DNA of 64,000 nt from Camelus ferus (GCF_009834535.1 NC_045696.1:23128001-23192000), one strand, 5' to 3'; counted from the first letter of the stretch, positions 24,990 through 38,358 are shown. Translations and numbers: made by a program. Notes: a model not told the origin generated them from the sequence alone.

Positions 24990-25172
24990 AACTGAGTTCT
25001 GATTCAGCCATCCAATAGCTAAGTGCTTTAATCTCTCTGAAACTTAATTTTTTCATCTTGAAAGGAGGGATACTCCTTACTACTGCAGACTGTTGCATAA
25101 ATCGAAAGAGGTCATGCTTAAGAAAGCATTTTGGAAACTGTCTAGCTCTAGAGAACTGTCAGTTCATATTAT
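24990..25172 (+). mobile_element. MIR SINE (MIRb/c-like)
   Basis: tttaatctctctgaaacttaattttttcatct and aaagcattttggaaactgt. Confidence 0.6.
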
Positions 25173-27649
25173 AAAATGATAAACTACATTAAGGCTTTAT
25201 CAGCTATGAATCCTGTAACTGAGTTACTATAAAACTTAACCAACATGTTTCATTCAGTAAGATCTTAGAAAAGTAGATACAAGAGTCAATTCAGATATCA
25301 GGAAGCAGCTTTTAATTTAAACTAAAATAAATAATTCTGGTATATAAAATCTGCCTTTCTTCAAATAACAATGATAATGATGATGACTATGATAAAATTA
25401 ACTTACATTTCAATATTTTACATTTTCAAAATTATTTTACTTCTTTTTTTACCTCATTCAGCCTATTTTAGTGTCTTGGAAAATGGATTATATTTACTTT
25501 TTTCGTTAATGTCAATCTACTGCTACTGGGCAAGTTCGAGTAGTAAGTATTCTGGACAACAAAGCTTTATGTAGCTCACTGTGAAGCCCTCAAAATGGTA
25601 AATATGGAATATTTATTCAAATCAGCTTTTGAATACCTTTCTTTTGCATCTCTTGAAGACTAAGATTTCAGAATTTCCCCATAATATTATGTGTAAATAA
25701 AATTAAAAGACAATATTCACTACAAAGACCAAATTACCCATTTGTAACCAGTCCTTGTTAATATAAAATAAAAATTCTATACAGTATAAATATTCATGCA
25801 TGTATTTAGTCATTTCTTCCTAAGTCTGGCACGTTTAACCAATTTTTGTGCACTATGTGTTCAATTTCATGTTTATTTTGACATATACTTGACAACAGAA
25901 CTATGCTGATTAATCTTACAATAAGCTAGGAAATCTTTAATATTATTAAATATTATGATTTAGTTATCAACTCTAAATCTTATATTCTTAACTAATATTT
26001 CTAAATACAAAAAAAAATCACCTAATTCTGAATAGCCCAATACCATTGAGAGAAAATTTAGAGTGGAAGGAAGTTGTTTTGGCCTGCATAATTTACTCTA
26101 GCAATGTAATGTTTTATGGAGTTCATAAAAATATTCTAATTACGTCACTACCACTAATAATAACCAATTTATCTAAATCTTAGAGAAAATCTAGAGAAGG
26201 GAACCTGAAAACTGGAGAAGGTGAGCAAAAAATATTTTAGGATATGTATACAAGAAATAGAACAATTACAGAGCTATAAAATTAAATATATATGTTATCA
26301 ATTTATATGGTGATAAATCTGACCTCCATACAAGCCTATAAGCAATTCTAAAACAGTTAGCCTATGCCAATTTCTTATTGCCAATAATATTTCTCAGAAA
26401 TAAGTTATTTTCACATATAGTCACAGAGGTGTATTTATGAGAAGACATAATCAGGCAAAATAAAATGTTACATAAAATGGGAAAAAAGTTACGATTTGGT
26501 ATTTAGTAGTGTGTTAATGAGCCACAAAAGAGCAATTCTTTTATCATGGCTTAAAATTAAACAGATACAAGTAGAGCTGCTGATTTATATTTCCCTTATT
26601 TGACTTTTTATACATATGTAATATTATTTTTAAGCTCATTTGTATTCATGTGACTGGGATTGCAATTTAAAGTCTGGAAGGTTTGATTTCATTAAACATT
26701 TTTTGCTTCAATCAAAATGTCTGTATACACATGAATATTTCAAAACCAGTATCCATTTCTTTTAAGATTGTCAATGTTGCATTAAGTATAATCGCAAAGA
26801 AAAAATGCACAAGGTTTAACGTGAAATTTTGTGAACAGGTTTACTGAAAAAGCTGGACTTTGTAGGAAGTCCAAAATAAACCAATTTTATTTTTTTTAAC
26901 CAACGTCTTTCATTCACGCTACTCTGAATATACACGCTTTTCTCCTGAAAAATTCTTAGGAAGAGCCTCAGCTATTGTAGACAACTTCCTGCATTAAAAG
27001 TTATGATCTGGTCTAAAAATACTTTCATCCCTTCTAGCTGGGACTGAGTCAGGCTCAGAAATTGTAGTGTTAGAGAAAGAGGGAAGGGTATATATAATTA
27101 CTTCTTTTCACAATTCACACCATGAGTTCCCCACTCACTATGCTGCCCAAGATTGGAGAAGTGGAGAACTTAAGGTGCAGAGAGGATGTTTTTTAATCAG
27201 CACAGTTGTAACTTGTGCCATTTATTATGAGATGCTTTTCTGGGTTCTTGTGGTCAATGACTATCCCTTTAAAGATGAAATGGCTAGGTCACTTTTCCTG
27301 GTGTTCAATCTGAAGGTCTAAAATATTTCTTTAGAATGTGTGGGCCATCATACAAGTTAAGTTTCTAAAAATTATAATGATTTGCTTTATGAAGTAGAGA
27401 ATTCTCAGTATTAAAAATATTCAAACATTATTTGAAAGACTATAGGCCTTTAGGTAAAAGATTAGACTCGATGATACTTAAGGCCCTTCTAAATCTAACC
27501 TGTTATGATTCTATAAACTATACAGGAACTGATAGAATGATCATGAATGAGTCAGGTGAGAGCTAAAATTCTGTATCTGTTAGCATTAAAAATCAGCATG
27601 ATGCTGGAGGACTATTACAAAGATAAGGCAGAGATGAGAAGAGAAGCCA

Positions 27650-27880
27650 GCTGATATTAACATTCTACTATCATGGTGATAGCTTTTTAGCATCTCTTCA
27701 TTTGAGACTTTTCACAGTCTGACAATGTAGCATTTCTATTTTCTACCTGAGGAAACTAGGGCTCAGAGAAGCTGAATTAACTGAGTGTCTATAGCTGGTA
27801 AAGTGGCAGGGCTAGGCTGATCTGTCCACAATCAGCCTGACACTAAAATTGATACTCTTTTCACCAAACCAAGCTGTCTC
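27650..27880 (-). mobile_element. MIR SINE
   Basis: tgaggaaactagggctcagagaag and gctggtaaagtggcagggctagg. Confidence 0.75.
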
Positions 27881-30119
27881 CAAAGTCCAAAATTCCCTAG
27901 CACCATGGAAATTATATTTTTACCTGAAGTGATCTAAAACTAAAGGTCATGACAATACTACTACCATAACCATCCAATATTTCATGATATTATTAGCCAT
28001 AGTAAAATTCTAAAATAGAGTATTCTAGCAACATTCAGGAAAATGTTTAAAATTCCAGAGGCACCTTCTGTTATAAGGAAAAATCTAATAGTTTCTTTAA
28101 ATATACATCATATGATTCCAGTGTAAGTTTTTAACATTAAGCACCTGAAATTGAATTTGGCCGATAATAAAGCCAGAGTGACAGAACACTAGTGAAGATA
28201 AAATACATGTAAGGAGCCTAGGTGAGGGTAGACTGTTGAACTAATCATGTGATAGCTGAAGGAAGAAGTAGAATAGGAAAACATTTTCAATGGAGCAGTA
28301 TAACCATTCCATGTTCTTTTGAAAATGTTTAACTAAGCAGATGGACTCAAAGCACCAAAATGGTGACAGAGCTTGAATGATCAAAGAGTCCAAGATAATA
28401 TAGTGCAGGAATTCATTTAAAATACAACTTAAAATATAAAATTCCAAACAACCTGAATAGATAATACACCTCTAATCTTGGAGAGCTAAAATCTGCCTTG
28501 AACTTTAAGCTCCTGACACCAGCTTGATCCCATTGGACATATACGAAGTGACTCCCAAAGATGCTTTTAGGAAATGTGTCAGTGATGAGGCATCTTTATA
28601 AGCATTATTTATAGATAAATAACTGAAAAATAGCATAATTAAGAATGAATAAAAATTAATAGCTTCTTGCAACAAAAAGAATTTCAACAGCTTTCTGGCT
28701 TGGCTTCCTTTTGTGCTCCAAAACTAGATATTTCCCTCCAAAACTGTAGCTTACTCTCCTTTTATTACAGAAAATTCATGCTGCTACTATTTAACTGTTC
28801 TACTGGGTTTTCTACCACTCCCTGGGTAAGACTTACAAAATAAACTTTACTGCATTTATTTCTACACTGTAGTTGAAAGTCTAATTTTATTGAAATATTC
28901 ATTATAGTGTTCTATAACAAACTTTTTAAAGAAAGACCAACAAGTAAATTATCATTTTGCCATCATTATTAATTTCAACAAGGTAAAATTTAGTTCCATT
29001 TATTATAAATTGCTCCCCAAGCAGAACCTGCCATATTTTAATGTCAATATAAAGAGTAAGAAAAAAACTCAATTTTTCAGTGCTTTCATGAGACTAAAAG
29101 TCAAAATTTCTGGGAAATACAAATGGCCTTAGTGTCTTTGATAAAGAGGAACAGGAAGTCATAAAAAAATTATGGTGGACCATATTTGAAAATACTTGAC
29201 TAAGAAAAGCCAAAACCATATAGCACACACAGATAGATGTCCTTTACTTTTCTCTGAAATAACACAATTTAAAAATTATATCCATGTCTTAAGTAAAAAC
29301 ACCTTACTACTAAGTATTTTCCAGATTCAAAAAAATGCATGTACAAACATTGTTTCACATTAAACAGAAAAAACACTATCAAAAATTATGGAGGCCATCA
29401 AGTAACATGCAAAATGAATAAAGTTTTGGTAGTATTTTTCATAGTTTTAAAACTAAGAACCAGTTATCTGCAGATGGCATGCCTTCAACGCAATGCCACC
29501 TCAAGGGTCATAGTAGTTATGTGATATACCTCTCACAGTATTAATCAAAATCATTTTTTAAAATGTCATGTTGACAAGCTGAATTTATTCCTCCTCAATG
29601 TACATCAAAATTTGTTAAACAGAAAAAAGTGTATTTATTTTATAGAAGTTCTAATTGATGTCTATATGAGACATTTTTCCTTCATTTTTGAACATAATAA
29701 AAAAACAGTAATTATATAATTCAAATTTGGAATTTTTCAGTTAATAATTCATAAAGAAAAATCTTATATTTCTTTAGTCATTTAATTTATGAGATGTGAA
29801 TTAGCTTTTAAATATGATTTCTATATCATCACACTGACAGACTGCTCAAGATATTAGTAGGTGATAATCTTGTGACCATGATATAAAATAGAAAGGTATT
29901 TTTTGAAAATTAAAATTTTATGTATGAAATGAGTGAGTTAAAGATAAATTCTGATCATAGATGATAAGAACTATTAGTAAAAAAAAGTAGAGAAAAATTT
30001 TGTTGTTGTTTATTATTGCTGTTTGTTTAGATTGAAAGTCTTCAAAATGTAAAAACTAGTCTTATGACTGTCAGATTGTTTAAAAAAATCACAGAAATCT
30101 TAAGACATACACATTCTAA

Positions 30120-30275
30120 AGCAACATTGTCCAACAGAACTCCCTGGGATGATGGAAATATTCTACGATTCTTCATGACCCAACAAGATAGTCAAAAGCC
30201 TCATCTGAAATCTTTAGAGTACTAAATTTTACATTTAAAAAAATTCTAATCTACTTAAATTTGAATAGCCACACT
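30120..30275 (+). mobile_element. hAT-Charlie MITE, MER3-like
   Basis: tgtccaacagaactccctgggatgatggaaatattcta and ttaaatttgaatagccaca. Confidence 0.75.
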
Positions 30276-30739
30276 AATGTAAAAGTGTGAGTTTCCCTGG
30301 GCATGTTCCTTTGCCTCCAGATCTCTAGTATTTCCAAGAAAGTATGGTCTGAAGGGAAGAAATGTGGTTAACTCCAGGACAGCACATCTAAAAGATCTGC
30401 CAACCCTGACACCACAGTTCCAGATGCCCTGACATAGCTCAAGATGACCAGAGAAAAATACATTACACACAGCCTTGGGAAGAGCCAAAATAGAGAAGAA
30501 CTCAGTTATGTTGGGTGCTCTAAAAATTACTACTCGCCCCACATATCCCCCACCTCATCCCTACCCTCCCAAAAATTGTCAGACTCTTCAAAACCCCTGA
30601 GGCCTCTAATTCATGAGCAATTTCAGGATCAACACGATCAACACATTGGAAATGCCCTTCCTTTCCACCCACATAGCTGGTAGGTCCCACTCTTCCTTAT
30701 GGAAATTCTTGGATTTGTTCTTCCATGAGAATAGACTAT

Positions 30740-31170
30740 CATCATTTCCAGTTGGACACTGTCAACTTTACCTCTGAACCCTTGAGTAGCTTCTCTTCTC
30801 CATGGTTAAAAAGTCAGTGACTTCTGACGTTGGCCTTCTCGTTTTATTTTTTGCTTTTTAAATATTATCTCCCTGACAATCTTTTCGACTCTCACAGCAT
30901 TCACTGTTAACTCCACGTAGATATTTCTCCCTAGTCTCAGCCTCCACTCCTACTTAGTCCAGAGTCTAGTCCAGGATTTCTAGCTAACAGTTACACATTT
31001 CACCCTGAATGCCTTAGCACTAGTTCCAATTCAAGACATTTCAAATTGAACATTTCCTCCTTCCAAAAACAACAATAGCAACAAAAAAACCTTTCATAGT
31101 CTTGCCCTATTTCACTAATGATTCCAGTCAGCCATGATCAAAATTCTTATCTTTGACTCATTCTTTTCAT
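30740..31170 (+). mobile_element. Diverged LINE L2
   Basis: acatttcaccctgaatg, aattcaagacatttcaaattgaac, atctttgactcattc. Confidence 0.6.
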
Positions 31171-31189
31171 GCTTAAAGTTTGAAGCCTC

Positions 31190-31620
31190 AAAGTGGTTAA
31201 ATTAAGAACTCAGATTCAGAAGAGAGCAGAAATGGACTTTACCCACTGGCTCCACCATTTACTATCTGCATAACTTGAGTATATTATATAAATTATCCAA
31301 ACTTTCATTTTTTAATCACAAAAATGGAACTAATAACATTATTACTGTTTAATTCTAAGTACTTTATGCCTATTAACACATATAGTCTTTACAACAATTC
31401 TATGAGATAGCTGTTATTATTTCTTTTCTATAGATGAGAAAACTGAAACACAGAGAGTTAAATAAATTGCCAAAAGCCACAATAGTAAGTGGCTGGGATT
31501 CAATACTAGACATTCTGGCTCCGTAGCTGTAACCACCGTACACTCTGTCTTCCTGATAATAACAGCTTATCTCAGTGTTGTTGTGAGGATAAAATTAGAT
31601 AAAGTCTATGAAATACTTGT
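31190..31620. mobile_element. Plus-strand MIR interrupted by a minus-strand MIR
   Basis: Plus MIR 31190-31340 resumes near 31555 (gttgttgtgaggataaaattagata); reverse MIR 31350-31552 contains tagatgagaaaactgaaacacagagagttaa. Confidence 0.75.
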
Positions 31621-32429
31621 CAATATCAGCTGCTATCATCAGCATAGATTTCTAGACTAAAGTCAGAAATATCCTTTGGCACTATATGACTTCCTAGAGC
31701 ACCTACTCTTGGACCCCATGGCATATATACTGCTTAGTACTATATCACTTGACCAATGTGCTTTATTACATCATGTAGATTATAAACTGTTTAAAGTTAA
31801 GGATAATGTATAAAAGTATCACATGATTTATAAATATTAGTAGAATTAAAATATGTCAATGTATGTCATTTTAAAATTTATTATTATGACCCTTATCCAT
31901 TTCACAGTTTCTTAGATCCTAGTCTTTAATTATCCTCCAGTTTATGAACACCAGCTTAGTCTGACAATTAATGCTTCTCCAGTTTTTGATACCTTTGCCT
32001 GAGCTCATTCTCCATACATCAAAAGTATTTTCTAGGCCTATTCCCTTGCTTCTGAATCTGGCCTTTTCCTGTACATTCTATAACTCAGCATGGTCTCAGC
32101 TCCCCAGCACACTGAATCTCATCTGTCCATACTGGTTCTAGAATGTGCCCGAGGCCCCACAGCTGGGACGCAGATACTACGCTCAAAGGTTGCACCCACC
32201 ATCACCTGGACTGCACAATAAGAGCTTGTGTGGAGTTACAAGGAAAACACCAAGTTGGGATACCATTTCCTATTATTTCCAAACAGATTGAGAAAGTCAA
32301 AATGAGGAGCTAAAACTTTCAAATGTTAAGTACATTGCTTATTAAAAAACAGTACCCCCAAATACCAAAAACTATTGAAATGAAAAGTTATCTACAATAT
32401 ATGCTTAAAATGTTAATTATAAAATAATC

Positions 32430-32600
32430 CAATGGATGTACATAAAATGTATATATGAATAGAAAAATGTATGAAAGGTTATATACCAGAATGTGCATAG
32501 CTTGTATTCAAAACTGGGATTGTGAATAATTTCTTATGTATCTACATTTTCCATTTTGTACAATAAACATTTACCATTCATACAACAAATATATTATTTA
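32430..32600 (+). mobile_element. Ancient L1 (L1ME-like) 3' end
   Basis: gaaaggttatataccagaatg, tgggattgtgaataattt, ttttgtacaataaacat. Confidence 0.5.
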
Positions 32601-33924
32601 AAAACCTATTGAGCAAGAACATGTTCATTTACCTTGTTATTGTCCCCAGTGCCATATATTTAGCAAACTATTTAGCAGTATTTTACATCAGTAATATGAA
32701 GAACTAAATTTTACCCACATGCTTTATTCTTTAAGATCTTTCTTAACATCCATTTTTCAAGCTAGTCTTTTATTATTTTTCTTTCCAGCATCAACTAGCT
32801 ACACAGAATTGTTGATGATTTATACAGCTGCTTTAAATCTCGTCTAAATTTCAAGGACAATTTTTGTTCAATTTTTAGTTAACTATACATCTTTCTTAGG
32901 CAGCCAATTTTTGCCAGTCCCTGGAGTTGTTACCTAAAACAGGTTTGCTGTACACATGAGGTTTTTCACACCATCGATCTAGAAAATATAGTATTCTAAA
33001 AGCAAGTTAAGTCATTTGGGTTTTACACAGGTCTTTTTAAAGAATGTAGTTGCCATTTTCTTTGGGGGACTAATAAACTTTCAAGTGGCATGTAGCAATT
33101 AATAAAACAAATGACAGGCCCTCTGTACACCAATACTAAAAAAAAAATTCTAACCCTATAATGAAGTATGAAAACAAAATATAATAAACTTGTATAAAAC
33201 AAATGGGGTCTTTAAACCATCACTCACTAGCATGTTATATTAACATGGCAATCCAGTTATACAATGTTTCCACATAAAATCAAACCAGTTTATTTTCTAG
33301 AATGCAGTAATGCTGATGATCAGTTTTAGCCCAGGGCACTGACCAAACATGCATAATTTTAGAAGGAGCCATGATAGTGAAAATCTGCCTGTACCTCCAT
33401 AAAGCAATGGAAACAAAAGAAAATCTACTAAAATTTATGCAATTGGAATAAGAAGGTAGGCAATGAATGTACTACATAAACAAATTTATATGAGGAAAAA
33501 ATATATATGTATAGAAAAAATTTTAAAAGGGGATATTCAAAATTGTGTAAGCATGGTTAAGTCTCTCCACGGTGGCACCGGAAGAGCCTTGCAGTTCAAC
33601 TCTTGCTACGAGCTTTATTCCTGACACTCTTTTAAGATTTAGGGATAAGATTATTCTATCTAAATTCCTGTGAAATTTAGAGTATCTGCCCCTTAGGGTT
33701 GTCAAAACTGAGGCTGCTAAAGAGAAGTATGACGATCAATTGATTTGAGCACCTATGTCCAAGAATTTCTGTCTGAAGAAACTGTGAGTTGTAAATTACT
33801 GAATTCTTTGTCACCATTTTTTTTTTCTTGAATGAACTCATGAAGTAAGAATCCAGTGTGACGAAAACACAAGATTTCCAATACTTGATCCAGGATCTCT
33901 ACAATACACAACAGGGCATAAAGA

Positions 33925-34100
33925 AAGAGGCTAGACTTGGACCTAGTGTCATTACTCTGTGACTTTGTCAGTCACAATCTCTGCTTTAGGAATTTTTAAA
34001 ATTTTGTCATAGGAATTTTGGAGGGGTTGATGTGAAGATGAAATGAAGTCACATATGAAAGTGCTTAGTAAGCTGAAAATGCCTGCATAGATTATTTGGT
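33925..34100 (+). mobile_element. Diverged MIR
   Basis: ctgtgactttg and gatgtgaagatgaaatgaagtcacatatgaaagtgctt. Confidence 0.55.
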
Positions 34101-34339
34101 GATATTAATTCTCCTCTGATAGTACTTGAGGGGCCAAGGGAAGGTGTGACCCTCTAGCACTTACAGCTGTGTCTAATCTATTTTACCATATTTGTATTTT
34201 GGTCTTGAAGCTCATTTTTATGACTCCATAGTTCACATGTTTATAGTACAGTATTTAATTGAACTTTCTGTTATTTGTATCAAATTTATATCTCTGTATC
34301 TTGAAAGCTCCAGCAACAACAACAATCACAACAAAAACT

Positions 34340-34495
34340 GATAATAACCAGCCATCACTGAGAACTTACTCTGTGTCTAAGATAGTGATAGGTGCCTTTA
34401 ATTCTCCTATATTCCCCACAACTACCATTTTTATAAAGAGACACTAAGACCCTGAGTGCTAATTAACATTGCCTGAGGGGATGCACAGAGATGCT
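34340..34495 (-). mobile_element. Diverged MIR
   Basis: actgagaacttactctgtgtc and ccatttttataaagagacactaag. Confidence 0.55.
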
Positions 34496-34762
34496 CACTT
34501 GCCTTACTTTCCACATATTGGAGGGTGTGTGATTATATTCACTGTGATTCTTTACCCTATCAGACTGAAGAGTGTGGACCTTTGTGGATAAAGCTAACAG
34601 TATGTTCATCAAATCACTTGCTTTTTAAAAAATTTTTTTAATATGTGGCAAGCAAGTACGAGAATAGACTAATTATTTTTGTTTTTTGATTAATTGTATG
34701 GTTCCTTAAAAATACTTTTATGTTTTACGATGCCTGGGAGTTTGTTAGTCTTTTCTAGAATG

Positions 34763-35272
34763 TTTTTATTGCGCTAAAATATACATAATGTAGAATTTGT
34801 TGTGTTACATACACAGTTCAGTGGCATGAAGTACACTCACATTGTTGTGCAACCATCACTACTGTACTCTCTCCAGAACTTTTTCATAATTCCAAACTGA
34901 AATTCTGTAGCCATTAAACAGTAACTCCCCATTTCCCCATTCCTCCAGCCACTAGTAACCACTGTTCTACTTCCTGTCTTCTATTTATGTATTTGACTAT
35001 TCTAGGTACCTCAGGCAATTGGAATCATGCAATATCTGCACTTCTGGGTCTAGCTATTTCACTTAGCATAATTTCTTCAAGGATCATCTATGTGTCAGAG
35101 TTTTAGTGCTTTCTAAGCCTATTCCAGCGTATTTGTAGACTGCATTTTGTTTTTGCCCACATTCAGTGATGAACATTTGGGTTGTTTCCACCTTTTGGCT
35201 ATTGTGAATAATGCTGCTGTGAACAATGTAAACTAATACCTGTCCAAGTTCCTGCTTTCAATTCTTTTGTGT
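34763..35272 (-). mobile_element. L1 3' end, L1MB-like
   Basis: cacattgttgtgcaaccatcac, ccattaaacagtaactccccatt, gggttgtttccaccttttggctattgtgaataatgctgctgtgaaca. Confidence 0.9.
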
Positions 35273-35870
35273 TTGTAGGCAGAATATTAGGCTTTTTTTT
35301 TTCTACAACAGAATATTGGTATTGCATCTTTGGAGAATAGAATTCAGTAATTCTCTGATCCTTTTATATACCATCAGTTTGAATTTCACCATTCAATAAA
35401 TACAGTATAATAATTTTATTCTTTAACTGCATTAGACTGCCCACACTGAACAGATTATACTGGTTTACATTCTTCTTGCCACTGCCTTTGCAACTTGGAA
35501 CATTAGTCTTTAAACTCCATGGTAACAGAAATTACTTTCATTATAAAACTGGTTTAAATCTTTGATATACATTAAAATATAGAAAAGATTTCAAGTTCTC
35601 AAATTTTAGAGAAAAGAGGAATTTTCAGAAAGAAAATTAAAATGTTATCTTTCACTTGATAGTAATATATAAATAAATACCTGTTAACATCAGTTTAAGT
35701 TAATAACATCTTCCTCTGACTCTAATCCATAATTTAAAATTTTAGATTTTTGTAATTCTTTACATGCTTCTCTGCAGTTCACCATATACTTCATAAAAGT
35801 AAAAATAAATACACTTCAGGCCAAGCTTAAAATCTGAGTATCAAAATTTGGAAATATCTATTCATATAAG

Positions 35871-35983
35871 CAAAGACAATAATTTTGCTCAAAAGAAAGC
35901 AGAACTGTTTTTCATCCAAATGGATGAAAGTTATTGTCTTTGTATCCAGTCAGAATGCTAAAAACTTTTATTTTTGGAGCAAA
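35871..35983. repeat. Nested inverted repeats (quasi-palindrome)
   Basis: CAAAGACAATAA (35871-35882) pairs with TTATTGTCTTTG (35931-35942); TTTCATCCA/TGGATGAAA at 35910-35929; TTTGCTCAAAA pairs imperfectly with TTTTGGAGCAAA (35972-35983). Confidence 0.75.
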
Positions 35984-36266
35984 CCTTATAAATAATTTAT
36001 CACATATTGTTACAATTCAGCATGCAATTAAGGAATGTAACATAGTGTATTAAATTATGCAAAAATATAGCATAAGAAAGACATGACAGAGGATTCAAAT
36101 ACATAAAATATAATTTGCTTAATAATAGACATTTTCATGACCTATTTTCCCCACAACAGGCTTATTAAATTTAAATTAAATATTAAATCTTTGCCCTTTT
36201 ATCTCCTCACACTTTATGCATGTGTTGCGTGATATGAATTTGATGCTGAATAAAAATACATTACTC

Positions 36267-36780
36267 AGATGTATAAACTGTGGTACACCCAAGCAATGGA
36301 GTATTATTCAGTGCTAAAAAGAAAGAGCAATCAAATCATAAAAAAAGAAGAAAACTTGAATGTGTATTACTGCGTATAAAGGGACCTCTGAAAAGGCTAC
36401 ATACTGTATGACTCCACTACATATGTGACGTTCTGAAAAAGGCAACACTGTGAAGGTAGTAAAGAGATTAATGATTGCCAAGAGTTAAGGGAGAGGGAGG
36501 AATGAACAGGCAGAGCACAGAGAATGTTTATGTAGTGAAACGATTCTATTTGACACTATAATGGTGGACAGAAAGTACACCACCAAGAATAAACACTAAT
36601 ATAAACAATGTACTTTGTTTTCTAATGATGTGGCAATGTAGTCACTACAACAAACGTGCCATTTGGGTGAAAGAGTTTGAAATGGGGAAGGCTATGCATG
36701 TGTGGGGTCAGAGGGCATACCGGAAATTTCTGTACCTTCCCCATTTTTCTGTGAACCTAAAAATGCTCTAAAAATAAGTG
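36267..36780 (+). mobile_element. L1 3' UTR, L1MC1/2-like
   Basis: ataaactgtggtaca, ctgaaaaggctacatactgtatga, gaatgaacaggcagagcacagag, tgtgaacctaaaaatgctctaaaaataa. Confidence 0.9.
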
Positions 36781-37145
36781 CATTAGTTTCCATTCTAGGC
36801 TCGGTTCTAGGCAGTACACAAAGGCAAAGTAAATGATCTCTATATTTCTTTTTCTAGAGCAATTCTTACTGATTCCCATACCTAACTGGCTTTCTTTACA
36901 GAATAAATCACAAATTTCTTATTTATTTTATCCTTAGATAAAACCTCAAGGAAACATCTTTCACAAATTTATGTTAGGGTTCTTTTACGGAACTTTCAAA
37001 GTTATTTTCTCATTGAATGAAATGTTTTAGGGTGTGAATATCGTCAGATGCCTATAAATGTAGCCTGTAACACTTTTGGTGATACGAACTAATATTTATG
37101 GGCCACTAGGTGCTAGACATTATGCTGCATAATTTACACATTTAG

Positions 37146-37408
37146 TTTTTTTTTTTTAATTAAAGTATAGTTGATTTACAATATTGCCTAAATTTCAGGT
37201 ATACATCATAGTAATTCAGTTATTTTTTTGCAGGTTATATTCCATTATAGGCTATTACAAGATATTGGATATAATTCCCTGTGCTGAACAGTAAGTCCCT
37301 GTTGCTTATCTATCTATATGCAAAACAGAAACAGACTTAGACATAAAAAACAAACTTGTTACCAAATGAGGAGGGGGGAATTTGGGATTAACAGATAGAT
37401 AAGCAACA
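37146..37408 (-). mobile_element. 5'-inverted (twin-primed) artiodactyl-type L1 3' fragment
   Basis: Poly-T plus reverse L1 3' end up to 37315, then opposite-orientation L1 3'UTR (aaaacagaaacagact...tttgggattaacagata); ACATTTAG repeated at 37138-37145 and 37406-37413. Confidence 0.85.
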
Positions 37409-37409
37409 T

Positions 37410-37486
37410 TTAGGTTTAACTACATAAAATTGTTGGATGCTTGTTTTTAATCTATACAAATGGCAATTTCATATGGCTCATTATAA
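37410..37486. mobile_element. MADE2-like mariner MITE
   Basis: ttaggtttaactacataaaattg...aaatggcaatttcatatggctca matches the recalled ~80-bp MADE2 structure. Confidence 0.65.
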
Positions 37487-37774
37487 GATTTTTGTTTTAG
37501 CTCATTTATTCCTTATGAAACCATGGGATGGTAGTATGACTGCTTTTTATTTAACAGATGATGAAACAGAGGCATAGAGATGTTAAGCATTTGCCCAAGG
37601 TTACATACATAGTAGATAAGCAACAAAGTCAAAAATGAATTTGGCAATTTGACTTTTCAGGTTGTTGAATGAGCTACTGCACTACATTGCAACAAGGTAA
37701 TACACAGTGAAGTGTTCTCTATGGGCGGTTGGCTTCACTTCTGGACTCTTTCCCTTTGACAAACTACCCAAAGG

Positions 37775-37945
37775 CTATCACTACTCAAAGTATAGCCTGA
37801 TCATAAACAGTAACACGAGCATCACTGAGGGCGGTTAGGAATGCAGACTCTCAGGCCCTAATCCAGGCCGACAGAGTATTGAATCTGCATTGTAACAAGA
37901 TTCCCAGTTGCTTTGGTAGGTACCTTAAAGTTTGAGAACTAACTA
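37775..37945. mobile_element. MER5A-like hAT-Charlie MITE
   Basis: gttaggaatgcagactctcaggcc, gaatctgcattgtaacaagattccc, taaagtttgagaa. Confidence 0.85.
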
Positions 37946-38339
37946 AACTTTCTTAATTTTTAAGACTTAATGAGCATATGCTAAACAATTAATTTACATT
38001 CCAACTGATAAAAAGAAAATGTATGTACAAGTAATAAACATGCCCTGGTTTAGGTCTCCTTACTGTGTTCAATGAGAAATAATATTTTATATTTTATTTT
38101 GGTTCCAAAATGAATCTTAACAGATGCATGCATCCCTTCCCACCATTGTTTCTCTGCACAAACCTCTTTAATATATTCAATGAATAGGTGCCTATTATGT
38201 TTCAATATCCATGAGATTGTGTCTTCCAGCTACTTCACTTCTTAGGATACACACAAATCACAAAAGGTGGTTTTCCCTTGTGCTCCTAGAACTTTAGGAC
38301 TTCAGATACAATCCGTGACACAGTGCCATGGATCATTTC

Positions 38340-38358
38340 TTCCCACTAGATGGCAGTA
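38340..38358 (+). promoter_or_regulatory. CTCF core motif
   Basis: TTCCCACTAGATGGCAGTA fits the CCACYAGRKGGCRS core, in unique sequence. Confidence 0.65.

Larger units (their letters stand above)
37088..37690 (-). mobile_element. MIR SINE interrupted by L1 and MADE2 insertions
   Basis: MIR halves at about 37088-37140 and 37495-37690 (acagatgatgaaacagaggcatagagatgttaagcatttgcccaaggttaca). Confidence 0.75.

Noticed and set aside
27785..27815. gtaaagtggcag resembling a recalled human miRNA arm
   Set aside because: It is ordinary MIR sequence with no matching hairpin partner.
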